From an uncultured delta proteobacterium (lineage in GTDB: Bacteria > Desulfobacterota > Binatia > HRBIN30 > BPIQ01), in assembly GCA_963761335.1 (NCBI GenBank), contig CAVXGR010000016.1, positions 32,001 through 96,000 on the forward strand: a stretch of DNA of 64,000 bases, read 5' to 3'. Shown one piece after another: positions 1 to 9,885 of this stretch; position 1 is the first letter of the stretch, and each line of letters begins with the position of its first letter. The translations under genes and the position numbers were made by a program. The notes under the pieces are model-generated. The model was not told the DNA's origin. It did no database searches and saw only the letters and a program-made list of their open reading frames with translations.

Positions 1-2
1 TC

Positions 3-140
3 GAGCCCCGTGGCCTGGTGACCAGCACCGGTGGCTCGACGCTCGTCCTCGACTCTCTCGACGCTGCGCCGGTGGCGATCACGGTGACCGCCGCCGGGAC
101 GGTGCGCACATGGACATACAGGTCGACCGGATGGCACTGA
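3..140 (+). CDS. C-terminal part of FimT/GspH-like minor pilin (5' truncated by window edge)
   Basis: Frame from nt 3 reads EPRGLVTSTGGSTLVL...ITVTAAGTVRTW...*, resembling a FimT/GspH tail; directly precedes the pilV-W-X-Y1 cluster. Confidence 0.6.
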   Translation, partial: EPRGLVTSTGGSTLVLDSLDAAPVAITVTAAGTVRTWTYRSTGWH

Positions 141-511
141 CCCCGAAACGACGGCAGCGCCGCCCGCAGAGCGGCTTCACGATCATCGAGACTCTGGTCG
201 CCATGAGCATCCTGCTGGTCGGCTTCTTGGCGATGACCACGCTCCACGTCAGCGCGATGCGCGGCAACTCGCGGGCGCGACGGCAGACCCTGGCGATGAT
301 CCTCGCCCACCAGCAGATCGAGCGCTTCCAGCGGCTCGGGGGAGCGAACGTCACAGCGGGATCGGATACGGCGGCGATGGATGGGCGCAGCTTCGCGCGT
401 TCGTGGACGGTGAGCTCCAACCCCAGCATCTCGCCGACCGTACAGGTTACGGTATCCTGGACCGATCAGTGGGGTCCGGGCTCGGTCACCATTCCCTCGG
501 TGGTGCGCTGA
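131..511 (+). CDS. pilV: Type IV pilus modification protein PilV-like
   Basis: Prepilin cleavage/methylation motif QSG|FTIIE plus hydrophobic helix; start may be 110 or 131. Confidence 0.8.
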   Translation: MALTPKRRQRRPQSGFTIIETLVAMSILLVGFLAMTTLHVSAMRGNSRARRQTLAMILAHQQIERFQRLGGANVTAGSDTAAMDGRSFARSWTVSSNPSISPTVQVTVSWTDQWGPGSVTIPSVVR

Positions 512-1266
512 TGCGTCAGCGGGGCTTCACTGTCATCGAGCTACTGGTGGGCATGGCCCTTTTTCTCGTTCTCTCGGGGCTGGTCTGGCAAGGGGTCAAG
601 CCGCAGGTCGACAACGCCGGAGTCCAGGTGCGCGTCGCCAACATGCAGACCACTAGCCGCAGCGGCTTCGACCTGCTGGCGCGCGACATGCGCATGGCGG
701 GATACGGGGTCGAGCTCGGCATGCCCGGCGTCCCGTCTCCGGCGAGCATGCAGAGCGACGTTCTGACCCTCTACGGCAACTACACCAACATCAAGACCAG
801 CGGCTCGGGCGCCGGCTCGCTGGTGGTGGTGGTCGACGCGACCGGCTTCAAGATCGACAACTACCTGGTGATCCGCGGCTTTCTCGGCGGCGAGTGCTCG
901 CGCATCGCCGGCGTCGGCGCCAACACCTTGGTGCTGGCGACGCCGCTGACGCGCGTCTACCCCTCCGGCTCGGAGGTCACCCAGCTGGAGCGCGTCCAGT
1001 ATCAGGTCAGCGGGCAGACGCTGTTGCGAGACAACCAGCCCCTGCTCGACGGCCTGGCCGGCTTCACCGTCCAGTACTACCTCGACGACGGCTCCCTGGT
1101 CGCCGACCCGACCGTCAATGAGGCGGCGGTGCGCAGTGCCCTGGTGACGCTGCAGATGTCGACCGTGAATCCGCCCGGCGGGACGGCGCCGTCGAGTGAA
1201 CGCATGACCATCTCCTCGGAGATTCGCATCCGCAACCTGGGCCTCTTCACGGTGTCGCGGCCCTAG
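511..1266 (+). CDS. pilW: Type IV minor pilin PilW-like
   Basis: MRQRG|FTVIELLV; 'RDMRMAGY' motif; ATG overlaps the pilV stop (TGATG). Confidence 0.85.
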   Translation: MRQRGFTVIELLVGMALFLVLSGLVWQGVKPQVDNAGVQVRVANMQTTSRSGFDLLARDMRMAGYGVELGMPGVPSPASMQSDVLTLYGNYTNIKTSGSGAGSLVVVVDATGFKIDNYLVIRGFLGGECSRIAGVGANTLVLATPLTRVYPSGSEVTQLERVQYQVSGQTLLRDNQPLLDGLAGFTVQYYLDDGSLVADPTVNEAAVRSALVTLQMSTVNPPGGTAPSSERMTISSEIRIRNLGLFTVSRP

Positions 1267-1278
1267 AGGGGAAGAAGG

Positions 1279-1728
1279 ATGACCACGAGAGATCAGCGCG
1301 GCATCGCGCTCCCCACCGTCCTCGTCGCCCTTGTGGCGCTCTCCGCGCTGGCACTGGTAATGACGATCTCGAGTCGCAACGAGCTGGCGGTCTCCGGGGC
1401 CGAGACGCGCAGCCTGCGCACTCTCGAGGCCGCCGACGCGGGCCTGAACTACTCGCTGGGCATCGCCTCGAACTTCGCCGATCCCTCCAGCAAGCCGCTG
1501 GTGGATCTGCGCGCCCAGGGCCTCCCCTTCGACGGCAGCATGCTGGTCACCTACATCCCGCCGCGCCGCCTGCCGCCGCCCGGCATCCGCGTGAGCGCTC
1601 TCAAGGTCAGCTCGTATCTCTTCCAGCTGAACTCCGAAGGGCAAGTCAAGGCATCAAGCGTCTCCGAGCCGCCGAGCATCACGCGGCTGGAGATGGAAGC
1701 CAGCAAGCTCGGTCCCAGCGGCCGCTAG
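1279..1728 (+). CDS. pilX: Type IV minor pilin PilX-like
   Basis: QRG|IALPTVL lacking Glu5; 'AADAGL' motif; operon position. Confidence 0.8.
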   Translation: MTTRDQRGIALPTVLVALVALSALALVMTISSRNELAVSGAETRSLRTLEAADAGLNYSLGIASNFADPSSKPLVDLRAQGLPFDGSMLVTYIPPRRLPPPGIRVSALKVSSYLFQLNSEGQVKASSVSEPPSITRLEMEASKLGPSGR

Positions 1729-1739
1729 CGAGGACAAAC

Positions 1740-4685
1740 ATGAAATACCGGTGGCAGACTCTCGGGTTGCACCTCGGTGCGGCACTGCTCCTCAGCGTCG
1801 TGGTCGGCGCGACGCGCAGCGCCGCTCTGGAGACGGATATTCTCTTCGGTGACCCGGTCAAGCCGAACATCCTCATCCTCTTCGACAACTCCGGCAGCAT
1901 GAACGATGCGGCCACCTACAACTCGGTGAGCACGTATACCGGCTCCTATAATCCGACGACCATCTACAGCCGCTGCCGGACCTACTACAGCAATTGTACC
2001 TGCAGGCGCACGAATACGTATTGGTCGGTGTCCGACGGCACCTGCGGCTGGGTGGACGATGACGCCGACGGCGTCGACGACCGCACCTCGTACAAGAAGC
2101 TGGGCAATCGCCTGAACTATGAAGCGAACTCTCCCAACAAGATGTCGGTGGCCAAGTCGGTCATCCGCAACCTCTTGCAGCGGCCCGACGTACAGAACGT
2201 CCGCTGGGGCCTGATGGTCTATACCAACCAGTACCTGCCGAACAACTACAGCAGCACCTCCGATGTGAGCAAGTGGCACAACGACACCACGGTTCTGCGG
2301 GCGCCGATCGCCGACAACAACCAGCAAAATGTCACCAACATCATCAACGGCCTCGGCGCCAACGGCGGTACGCCGTCGGGCAATCGACTCGTCCAGGCGG
2401 GAAACTACTTTGCCGGGTCTCTGCCCGGGTTTCCGTCTCCGATCCAGTACACCTGCCAGCGGAACTACATCATCGTCATCACCGACGGCCGCCCGGAGGT
2501 GGAGGGGAACACGATCAACGCCTACAACAAAGGTGATTTCACCATGATCGAGAGCTGGCTGACCTCCAAGCTGGGCTCCAACATCGATGCCGACGGCGAC
2601 GGCGATGAGAATCCCCCGGGGACCGGTTACAACGGCGGCTCGAAGTACTTCGACGACGTCGCCTGGGTGCTCCAGCGCCAGGACCTGCTTCCGTCGATGG
2701 ACGGCACGCAGAACATCACCACCTTCACCATTGGCTTCGATGTCGACAACTACATTCTGGCCAACGCGGCCGTGAATGGTGGCGGCAAGTACTTCATCGC
2801 GAGCACCGCGGATCAGCTCGCCGACGCGCTGCGGCGCACCATCAACCTGATCATGACGGATGCCCAGTCGTTCGTCGCCCCGGTGGTGCCGGTGAACGCC
2901 CTGAAGCGCACGCAGAGCGGTGACCGGCTCTACATCGCACTGTTCCAGCCTTTGCAGAGCTCGAACTTCTGGGCGGGCAACATCAAGAAGTACGGCATCG
3001 CCACCAACGGCGACCTCCTCAGCCCGAGCGGCAGCGCGGCCACCAACCCCGACGGCTCACTCAAGCCCACTTCCTCGTCCTACTACGACAGCGTTCCCTC
3101 CGGAGGAGCGGTGACCAAGGGCGGTGTGGGCGAGCGGCTCCTGACGCGCAGCTCGGCGCGCAACATCTATACCTATCTCGGCAACACCTCGCTGACGGCC
3201 TCCACCAATGCCTTCACCACCGGCAACACCGGCATCACCAAGGCGCTGCTGAACGTGCCCGACGACACCACCCGCAACCAGGTCATCAGCTACGTCCGCG
3301 GCGAGGACGTCTTCGACGATGACGAGGACGGCAACACCACCGAGAAGCGCGATTGGATCCTCGGCGACTTCATCCACTCCACGCCGCTGGTGGCGACCTA
3401 TGACGACGGCACCTCGGTGATCTTCGACGGCTCCAACGACGGCCAGCTGCACGCCTTCGACGATGCCAGCGGCGACGAGCTCTGGGCCTTCGTCCCACCG
3501 GCGATCCTGCCGCGCCTGAAGGAGCTGCTTCCCGCGGACGCGCCGGCCCACCCGTTCCTGGTAGACGGCTCGCCGAAGCTGCTGAAGACCGACAGCGGAC
3601 AGCGGATCGTCGTCTTCGGTCTGCGGCGCGGGGGCTCCTCCTACTACGCCCTCGACGTGACCAACAAGACATCGCCTCGGTACCTGTGGTCGATCAGCTC
3701 GAGCACCTCCGGCTTCTCGGAGCTCGGGCAGGCATGGTCGGAACCGGCTCTCGGCAAGATGGGCACCGCCAGCTCCTTCCAGTATGTGGCCCTGTTCGGC
3801 GCCGGCTACGACACCTACTACGACGATCCGACACTGACCAACCCGGATACCGTCACTCCCGTCGGTCGCGGGGTGTTTGCCGTCAACGCGCTCACCGGCG
3901 CCCTGATCAATGCCTTGCGGCCGAGCGGGATGAACTACGCGGTGGCGAGCAATCTGTCCGCAATCGACGTCAACTCGGACGACACCATCGACCTCGCCTA
4001 CTTCGGCGACCTGGGCGGAAACCTGTGGCGCTGGGATCTGCCGACCACTCTCACCAAGCTGTTCACCGCACCGACCGGCCACAAGATCTTCGCTGCTCCC
4101 GATATTGTCATCGATCACGCCTTCCTCGACGTGTTCTTCGGCACCGGCGATCTGGCCAGCCCTCTCTATGAGGGCGTCACCGACCGGCTGTACTCCTTCC
4201 GCGACGATGGCTTCACCGGAGGTTACACGGAAGCGGCTCTCGTGGATGTCACCGACAACCTGATCCAGGAGGGGAGCAGCTCGCAGAAGGAGACCCTGCA
4301 GAATCAGCTGGATGCGAGTCACGGCTGGTATATCCGCCTGCCGCATTCGGGTGAGAAGTCGCTGTCCTCGCCGCTGGCGTTCTTCGACGTCCTCTTCACC
4401 ACCTTCGTGCCGACGCGGGAGGTGTGCTCGGGCGGCGGCGACGCCTACCTGTACACGCTCGGTTACGACGCCGGCGCCGCGGTGGTCGACGCCAACGACA
4501 ATGGAACGCTGACCAAGGACGATCGCTCCAAGGACATCGGCAACAGCATCCCGACGGAGGTGACGGCCACCATTCGCGAGGATGGAGCGGTCGGCTACGT
4601 CGGCGTCGGCGGGGCCATTCCCCGTGTCGACCTGTCGGCACCTCCCCTCAACCTGGTGCCGATCTACTGGCGCGAGCTCTACTGA
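1740..4685 (+). CDS. pilY1: PilY1/PilC tip adhesin with vWA domain and C-terminal beta-propeller
   Basis: Signal peptide; DNSGSM MIDAS motif; LGDFIHSTP, GSNDGQLHAF, ELWAFVP, DVNSDDTID (Ca-binding), YWRE end. Confidence 0.92.
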   Translation: MKYRWQTLGLHLGAALLLSVVVGATRSAALETDILFGDPVKPNILILFDNSGSMNDAATYNSVSTYTGSYNPTTIYSRCRTYYSNCTCRRTNTYWSVSDGTCGWVDDDADGVDDRTSYKKLGNRLNYEANSPNKMSVAKSVIRNLLQRPDVQNVRWGLMVYTNQYLPNNYSSTSDVSKWHNDTTVLRAPIADNNQQNVTNIINGLGANGGTPSGNRLVQAGNYFAGSLPGFPSPIQYTCQRNYIIVITDGRPEVEGNTINAYNKGDFTMIESWLTSKLGSNIDADGDGDENPPGTGYNGGSKYFDDVAWVLQRQDLLPSMDGTQNITTFTIGFDVDNYILANAAVNGGGKYFIASTADQLADALRRTINLIMTDAQSFVAPVVPVNALKRTQSGDRLYIALFQPLQSSNFWAGNIKKYGIATNGDLLSPSGSAATNPDGSLKPTSSSYYDSVPSGGAVTKGGVGERLLTRSSARNIYTYLGNTSLTASTNAFTTGNTGITKALLNVPDDTTRNQVISYVRGEDVFDDDEDGNTTEKRDWILGDFIHSTPLVATYDDGTSVIFDGSNDGQLHAFDDASGDELWAFVPPAILPRLKELLPADAPAHPFLVDGSPKLLKTDSGQRIVVFGLRRGGSSYYALDVTNKTSPRYLWSISSSTSGFSELGQAWSEPALGKMGTASSFQYVALFGAGYDTYYDDPTLTNPDTVTPVGRGVFAVNALTGALINALRPSGMNYAVASNLSAIDVNSDDTIDLAYFGDLGGNLWRWDLPTTLTKLFTAPTGHKIFAAPDIVIDHAFLDVFFGTGDLASPLYEGVTDRLYSFRDDGFTGGYTEAALVDVTDNLIQEGSSSQKETLQNQLDASHGWYIRLPHSGEKSLSSPLAFFDVLFTTFVPTREVCSGGGDAYLYTLGYDAGAAVVDANDNGTLTKDDRSKDIGNSIPTEVTATIREDGAVGYVGVGGAIPRVDLSAPPLNLVPIYWRELY

Positions 4686-4703
4686 TCTCGCGAGGAGACG
4701 ACA

Positions 4704-4988
4704 ATGCTCAAGAAACTCATCTTCGCGGCGCTGCTCCTTCTGCCGCTGGGCACGGCGTCGGCGTGGGCGGACGAGATTTACGGAAAGATCGAGGCGCTCG
4801 ACCACGCCGGTCGCATCAAGGTCTCCGGCCAGGTGGCGCAGATCACCGCGGACACCGAGCTGCTCACCCCGGCACACGAGACCTTCACGCGCGCCGAGCT
4901 CCACGTCGGCCTCGAGGTCGACATGGTGGTCAGCGACGGCGACGCCGGCACCGTCGTCGACAAGATCACGGCTGCCGTCGTGCGGTGA
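4704..4988 (+). CDS. Small exported protein (DUF5666-like beta domain)
   Basis: RBS GAGGAG, Sec signal ending AWA, pattern GKIEAL...ITADT...LHVGLEV. Confidence 0.6.
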   Translation: MLKKLIFAALLLLPLGTASAWADEIYGKIEALDHAGRIKVSGQVAQITADTELLTPAHETFTRAELHVGLEVDMVVSDGDAGTVVDKITAAVVR

Positions 4989-5091
4989 ACCACAGAGGCG
5001 CACGCCCTCGGCGCCCCTGCGGCTTCACCCCGCGCCTCTTCCCATGAAGGCCAAACCGTGATTCATTCAACGGTTGCACGTCCGGAGAGAG

Positions 5092-5850
5092 ATGAGTCGC
5101 GCAGTGCCGAAAGCGGTATTCCTCGACGTGGGTTGGACGATCGCCTACCCGCGTCGCTCCATCTGGGAGATCTTTGCCGATGTCGGGCGATCCGCGGGCG
5201 CCGAGGTGAGTGCCGTCCTGGCGGAGCAGAGCGTCTACCAACTTCTCCTGGGCATGCGGCCGCGCGCCGTCGCCGATTTCGAGGGCGGCGCGAGCTACTC
5301 CGACTCGGATGAGGAGTTCGCTGCCCAGTTCGCCGCCCTGAGTCGTCTGATCTTCGCTGCCGCCGCGGTTGCCGGCGATCCGGAAGCGCTGGCGGCGCGG
5401 TTTCTCGAGCAGTTCTGGCACGGCGACAACTGGGAAGTTTTTCCCGACGTGCTCGAGGCGGTGACCTCCCTACGGCGCGCCGGGGTGCGTGTCGGCGTGC
5501 TCTCCAATGCCGGCTCGGAGCTGCCGTCCTTCTTGGAACGCCTCGGCTTGCTGCCGCACTTCGACTTCACCGTGGTCTCGGCGCTCGAGGGCACGAAGAA
5601 GCCGGATCAGCGCATCTTTGCCCGCGCCCTCGGTCTCGCCGGCGTCGAGCCGCAGGACGCAGTTCATGTGGGCGACATGTACCTCGAGGACATCCTCGGA
5701 GCGCGCACCGCCGGAGTCAGAGCACTGCTCATGGAGCGCGGGCCGCGCTCCATGTTTCCCAGCTTCCCCGAATCGGCAGTGCAGCCGGCGGGCGAGGTCG
5801 AGGTCGTGCGCGACATGGGAGAAGTCCTTGCCGCCCTGGGGATGCCCTAG
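5092..5850 (+). CDS. HAD-family hydrolase (subfamily IA)
   Basis: FLDVGWT, LSN, KKPD and HVGD...D motifs. Confidence 0.85.
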   Translation: MSRAVPKAVFLDVGWTIAYPRRSIWEIFADVGRSAGAEVSAVLAEQSVYQLLLGMRPRAVADFEGGASYSDSDEEFAAQFAALSRLIFAAAAVAGDPEALAARFLEQFWHGDNWEVFPDVLEAVTSLRRAGVRVGVLSNAGSELPSFLERLGLLPHFDFTVVSALEGTKKPDQRIFARALGLAGVEPQDAVHVGDMYLEDILGARTAGVRALLMERGPRSMFPSFPESAVQPAGEVEVVRDMGEVLAALGMP

Positions 5851-5870
5851 CACGGGTTCCCACCCCGCTG

Positions 5871-6749
5871 GTGATCGCGCGGATTACTCTCCTGCTTCTG
5901 TGTCTGCTTCCCTGCGGGGCCCTCGGTGCCTCGGCGGGGAACGCCGAGCACGGTCGCGTCGTCTTCGCCCTGGCGGGCGGCTGCTCGTGTCATACCCCGT
6001 CGCAGGGGCCGGTCGGTGCCGGCGGGCGAGAGATCGTCACTCCCTTCGGCAAGTTCTACGGCACCAACATCACTCCGGATGCGGAGACCGGGATCGGCGC
6101 CTGGACGGATGCGGAGGTGGTCGCCGCCATTCGCGACGGTTATGCGCGCGGCAAAGGGGTGGAGGCGCCGGTGATGCCGTATCCCCAGTACTCCGGCATG
6201 GCCGACCGCGACGTCGAGGACCTGGTCGCCTACCTGAGAACGCTGCCTCCGGTCCGGCGCCGCAATCGCGACCACGAGCTGTCCCTGCCGTGGCCTCGGC
6301 TGGCATTTCGGCTCTGGCGGCTTCTCTTCGGCCCCGCCGCCGGGGCGGTGCCGGCGGAGGCGCCCGCCGCCGGCGCCCCCCGCGGCCGCTACCTCGTCGA
6401 TCACGTCTCCATCTGCGCCGATTGCCACACCCCGAGAAATCGTTTCGGGGTACTGGTCGAGGGAATGTATCTCGCCGGCACGGAGAACGGCCCGAACGGC
6501 AAGTCGGTGCCCAACATCACACCGGACCGAGCCACCGGGATCGGCGACTGGGACGCAAGCGACGTCGTCCAGGTGCTCGAGTCGGGGATGCTGCCGAACT
6601 TCGACAACGTCCAGGGCCTCATGGCTGAAGTGGTGGACGGCGCTGCCGGCGGCCCGGGCTACGCGAAGGCGCCGAAAACGGAGCTCCGCGCCATTGCGGA
6701 GTTTCTCGGAACTGTGAAGCCGGTGGAGCATGACGTCTCCGGTGATTGA
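5871..6749 (+). CDS. Periplasmic diheme c-type cytochrome; first motif contracted to CxCH
   Basis: Signal peptide; GGCSCHT and ICADCHTPRN; two NITPD..TGIG.W repeats. Confidence 0.85.
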   Translation: MIARITLLLLCLLPCGALGASAGNAEHGRVVFALAGGCSCHTPSQGPVGAGGREIVTPFGKFYGTNITPDAETGIGAWTDAEVVAAIRDGYARGKGVEAPVMPYPQYSGMADRDVEDLVAYLRTLPPVRRRNRDHELSLPWPRLAFRLWRLLFGPAAGAVPAEAPAAGAPRGRYLVDHVSICADCHTPRNRFGVLVEGMYLAGTENGPNGKSVPNITPDRATGIGDWDASDVVQVLESGMLPNFDNVQGLMAEVVDGAAGGPGYAKAPKTELRAIAEFLGTVKPVEHDVSGD

Positions 6750-6786
6750 GCCGCCGCTCGAGCGGCGGCCCGGAAGGAGAGGATGA

Positions 6787-7260
6787 ATGAGACGGATGTT
6801 ATGGATGGGAAATCTGACGGCGGCGGCATTGCTCGCCCTGCCGCTGCTCGGGACGGCGCACGCCCACGACGCCAAGAAGCATGCGGAGCAGCTGCCGCCG
6901 GGGCCGATTCGCGATCGACATGAGCTCATGGAGGGCATTGGCAAGCAAGCGAAGAAGATCGGCGCCGCGATGAAGGCGGGCCAGACGACGGGGGTGGCGC
7001 CGGCCGCGGAAGCCATCAGCGCCTCGGCGAAGAAGATCCTGCCGCTGTTTCCGCCCGGCAGCACCCACGAGTACTCGCGCGCCAAGCCGGAGATCTGGCA
7101 GAACTGGGCCGAGTTCGAGCAGCTGTCCAATGATCTGGTCACTGACTCTGCGGCATTGGCGGCGGCGGCGAAGGAGAACGGCGACGTCAAGGCCGCCTCG
7201 CAGAAGATGTTCCAGAACTGCAAGAGCTGCCACGAGAAGTTCCGCATCCCGGAGAAGTGA
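6787..7260 (+). CDS. Cytochrome c'/c556 (class II)
   Basis: Signal peptide; AKPEIW; C-terminal CKSCH.KFR. Confidence 0.9.
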   Translation: MRRMLWMGNLTAAALLALPLLGTAHAHDAKKHAEQLPPGPIRDRHELMEGIGKQAKKIGAAMKAGQTTGVAPAAEAISASAKKILPLFPPGSTHEYSRAKPEIWQNWAEFEQLSNDLVTDSAALAAAAKENGDVKAASQKMFQNCKSCHEKFRIPEK

Positions 7261-7271
7261 CCCGGGATCGT

Positions 7272-7367
7272 GAGGTTGTCTCAAAACTGGGCAAAACGAT
7301 TCCGCCGGCCCGCGGGCCAAGTAGAAGCGGCGACTCGCCGCTTCTACTTTGGTTTTGCGATAACCTC
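7272..7367. repeat. MITE/REP-like element: outer imperfect IR enclosing a GTAG hairpin
   Basis: GAGGTTGTCTCAAAAC ... GTTTTGCGATAACCTC; internal AAGTAGAAGCGGCG-ACT-CGCCGCTTCTACTT at 7319-7349. Confidence 0.6.
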
Positions 7368-7478
7368 TCATCTCTAGGTCGAGGGAGAGGCGTCGAGCGC
7401 CTGCGTCGCGAAATGTTCACAGAATGTGGATGGACGGAGAAGCGGTTTCAAGGTATATGCGCGCCAGGACGCAAACGA

Positions 7479-8846
7479 ATGTCGATGGAGTCGAAGGAGG
7501 TCGGCAAGGACGCGCTCGATCAGCCGAATGCCCAGTTTCACGTTCTCTCCTTCGAAGGCCCGGATGCGTACTCGCGCGCCGGCGGCATCGCCAGCCGGAT
7601 CACGGGGCTGACGCTGGGGCTGGCCGAAGCCGGTTTCGACACACACCTGTGGTTCGTCGGTGACCCGAACCTCCCGGGGAGCGAAGAGCACGGCACTCTC
7701 CGTCTGCACCGTTGGTGCCAATGGATCAGCCGCTTCCATCCGTATGGCGTCTACGACGGCGAGGAGGGGAAGCGCGCCGACATGGCGTCCTCTCTGCCGC
7801 CGTTCCTGATGCGCGAGTCGCTGCTGCCGTTCCTGCAGACCGGCGGCGAGCGTGTCGTCATCCTCGCCGAGGAGTGGCAGACGGTCGACGCGGTGCTGCA
7901 CCTGGACTGGCTGCTCCGCGGCGCTCGCGTGCGCGACCGCGTCACCATTCTGTGGAACGCCAACAACACCTTCGGATTCGACCGCATCGACTGGGCCCGA
8001 CTGGCCAACGCCGCCGTGGTCACCACGGTGAGCCGTTACATGCGCCATCGGATGTGGAGCCTGGGGGTCGACCCGGTCGTGGTCCCGAACGGTCTCGCCG
8101 CCGAAGACTTGCAACCCCCCGCCCGCGCCGCCATGAACGAGTTCCGCCGCCGCCTGCGCGACCGCCTGGTTCTCTCCAAGGTGGCGCGCTGGGATCCCGA
8201 CAAGCGCTGGCTGCTGGCCGTCGATACCGTCGGGGAGCTCCGGCGTCACGGGCAGCGGCCGTTGCTTGTCGCCCGTGGCGGTGTGGAGGCGCACGGCGCC
8301 GAGGTCATGCAGAGAGCGGCGGCCTCCGGTCTCCACGTCGTCGAGCGCACCTGCGAGGCCCCCGGCATTCGGGGGCTGCTCCAGAGTCTGGAGAACCTCG
8401 GGGACGCCGACATCGTGAACCTGCGCTGCACTCTCGACCGCGATTCACGGCGCGTGCTGTTCCGCGGTTCGAGCGCCGTTCTCGCCAACAGCGGACACGA
8501 GCCCTTCGGTCTCGTCGGACTCGAGGCGATGGCGGCGGGAGGCCTGGTGTGCACCGGCGGAACCGGCGAGGATTACGCCGTGCCGGGCTGGAATGCCCTG
8601 GTCCTGCAGACCCAGGACCCGCGCGAATTTCTCAGCCTCTTCCAGCGGCTCCAGGCGAATCCGGCGGAGGACCGCGCCGTGCGCCAGCGTGGCCGCGTCA
8701 CCGCCAAGCTGTACCTGTGGGCGGAGATCATCCGGCGCAACTTTCTGCCGAGCGTCCACCTTCCGGACCCGCAGCGCCGCCCCGCCCGCAGTGCTCAACC
8801 CTCCTGTCCGCCCCTGTTGCAGGCCGCGCCCAATCACGCCGCCTGA
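7479..8846 (+). CDS. Glycosyltransferase family 4 (GT-B)
   Basis: AGGIA near N-terminus; HEPFGLVGLEAMAAG signature; start approximate. Confidence 0.85.
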   Translation: MSMESKEVGKDALDQPNAQFHVLSFEGPDAYSRAGGIASRITGLTLGLAEAGFDTHLWFVGDPNLPGSEEHGTLRLHRWCQWISRFHPYGVYDGEEGKRADMASSLPPFLMRESLLPFLQTGGERVVILAEEWQTVDAVLHLDWLLRGARVRDRVTILWNANNTFGFDRIDWARLANAAVVTTVSRYMRHRMWSLGVDPVVVPNGLAAEDLQPPARAAMNEFRRRLRDRLVLSKVARWDPDKRWLLAVDTVGELRRHGQRPLLVARGGVEAHGAEVMQRAAASGLHVVERTCEAPGIRGLLQSLENLGDADIVNLRCTLDRDSRRVLFRGSSAVLANSGHEPFGLVGLEAMAAGGLVCTGGTGEDYAVPGWNALVLQTQDPREFLSLFQRLQANPAEDRAVRQRGRVTAKLYLWAEIIRRNFLPSVHLPDPQRRPARSAQPSCPPLLQAAPNHAA

Positions 8847-8896
8847 CGGCCGCGAATCTCTGCGGCGTCGCCGGAGGGCGAGGCGGGCTTGTCAAA

Positions 8897-9025
8897 CCCG
8901 GTCCTCATTCTGTCGTTTTCCATCCTCTCTGACAGCCGCGGGAAGCCAACGCCACAGCGCCTTCTCGTGAGGCTCGCAGAGCAATGGAAAACGACGGAAT
9001 GAGAACCGGGAATGAGGACGGAGAA
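8897..9025. repeat. Inverted-repeat element copy 1 (degenerate, core orientation A)
   Basis: CCCGGTCCTCATTCTGTCGTTTTCCAT ... ATGGAAAACGACGGAATGAGAACCGGGAATGAGGACGG. Confidence 0.85.
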
Positions 9026-9098
9026 TGGCTGCGTCGATGAATCCGCTTGAGACAGCTCTCTCCACCTGCAATCTTCTGGCTGTCGAGAAGGAGTCTGA

Positions 9099-9728
9099 GT
9101 GCGCGTTCTGGGTCATCTCTTTGCAAACAACCGGGCGTGGGCCGCCGACATCACTCGCGGCGAGCCGGGCTTCTTCGAAAAGCTGGCGCGCCAGCAGGTT
9201 CCCGAGTTCCTGTGGATCGGCTGCGCCGACAGCCGGGTGCCGGCCAACCAGATCGTCGGTCTCCTCCCCGGCGAGCTGTTCGTGCACCGCAACGTCGCCA
9301 ACGTGGTGGTCCACACCGACCTCAACTGCCTCTCCTGCATCGAGTACGCCGTGGACGCGCTTCGCGTGCGGCACATCATCGTCTGCGGCCACTACGGATG
9401 CGGCGGCGTGCTGGCGGCCCTGCGCGGCGAGCGTCTCGGTCTGATCGACAACTGGCTCCGGCACATCCAGGACGTCCGCGACAAGCACAGCGCTGATCTC
9501 GCTGCCCTGTGCTCCGAGGCCGACCGCCACGCCCGGCTCTGCGAGCTGAACGTGATCGAGCAGGCGATCAACGTCTGCCACACCACCGTGGTGCAGGAGG
9601 CGTGGCGCCGCCAGCAGTCGCTTACCGTTCACGGATGGATCTATGGGCTCAACGACGGCCTGCTCCGCGATCTCGGCGTCTGTGTGAGCGACCCGGCCGA
9701 GCTCGTCACCTACCACCAGACTCCCTGA
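9099..9728 (+). CDS. can: Beta-class carbonic anhydrase
   Basis: WIGCADSRVP, GELFVHRNVAN, CGHYGCGG zinc ligands. Confidence 0.95.
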   Translation: MRVLGHLFANNRAWAADITRGEPGFFEKLARQQVPEFLWIGCADSRVPANQIVGLLPGELFVHRNVANVVVHTDLNCLSCIEYAVDALRVRHIIVCGHYGCGGVLAALRGERLGLIDNWLRHIQDVRDKHSADLAALCSEADRHARLCELNVIEQAINVCHTTVVQEAWRRQQSLTVHGWIYGLNDGLLRDLGVCVSDPAELVTYHQTP

Positions 9729-9826
9729 GCGGCGGGAACCTTCCGCCCACGACCCGTGTTCCCTAAACCGACCGATCGAAAAGGAAGGAGTTGAACCGAT
9801 GCTCAGGACAAGAATTTCGAGAAGCG

Positions 9827-9880
9827 AAGTAGAAGGGCCGTCCCGGCGCCTCCGGAAGCGGCGAGACGCTGCTTCTACTT
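9827..9880. repeat. GTAG-type REP-like hairpin related to 7319-7349
   Basis: AAGTAGAAG...GAAGCGGCGAGACGCTGCTTCTACTT. Confidence 0.55.
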
Positions 9881-9885
9881 GGATC

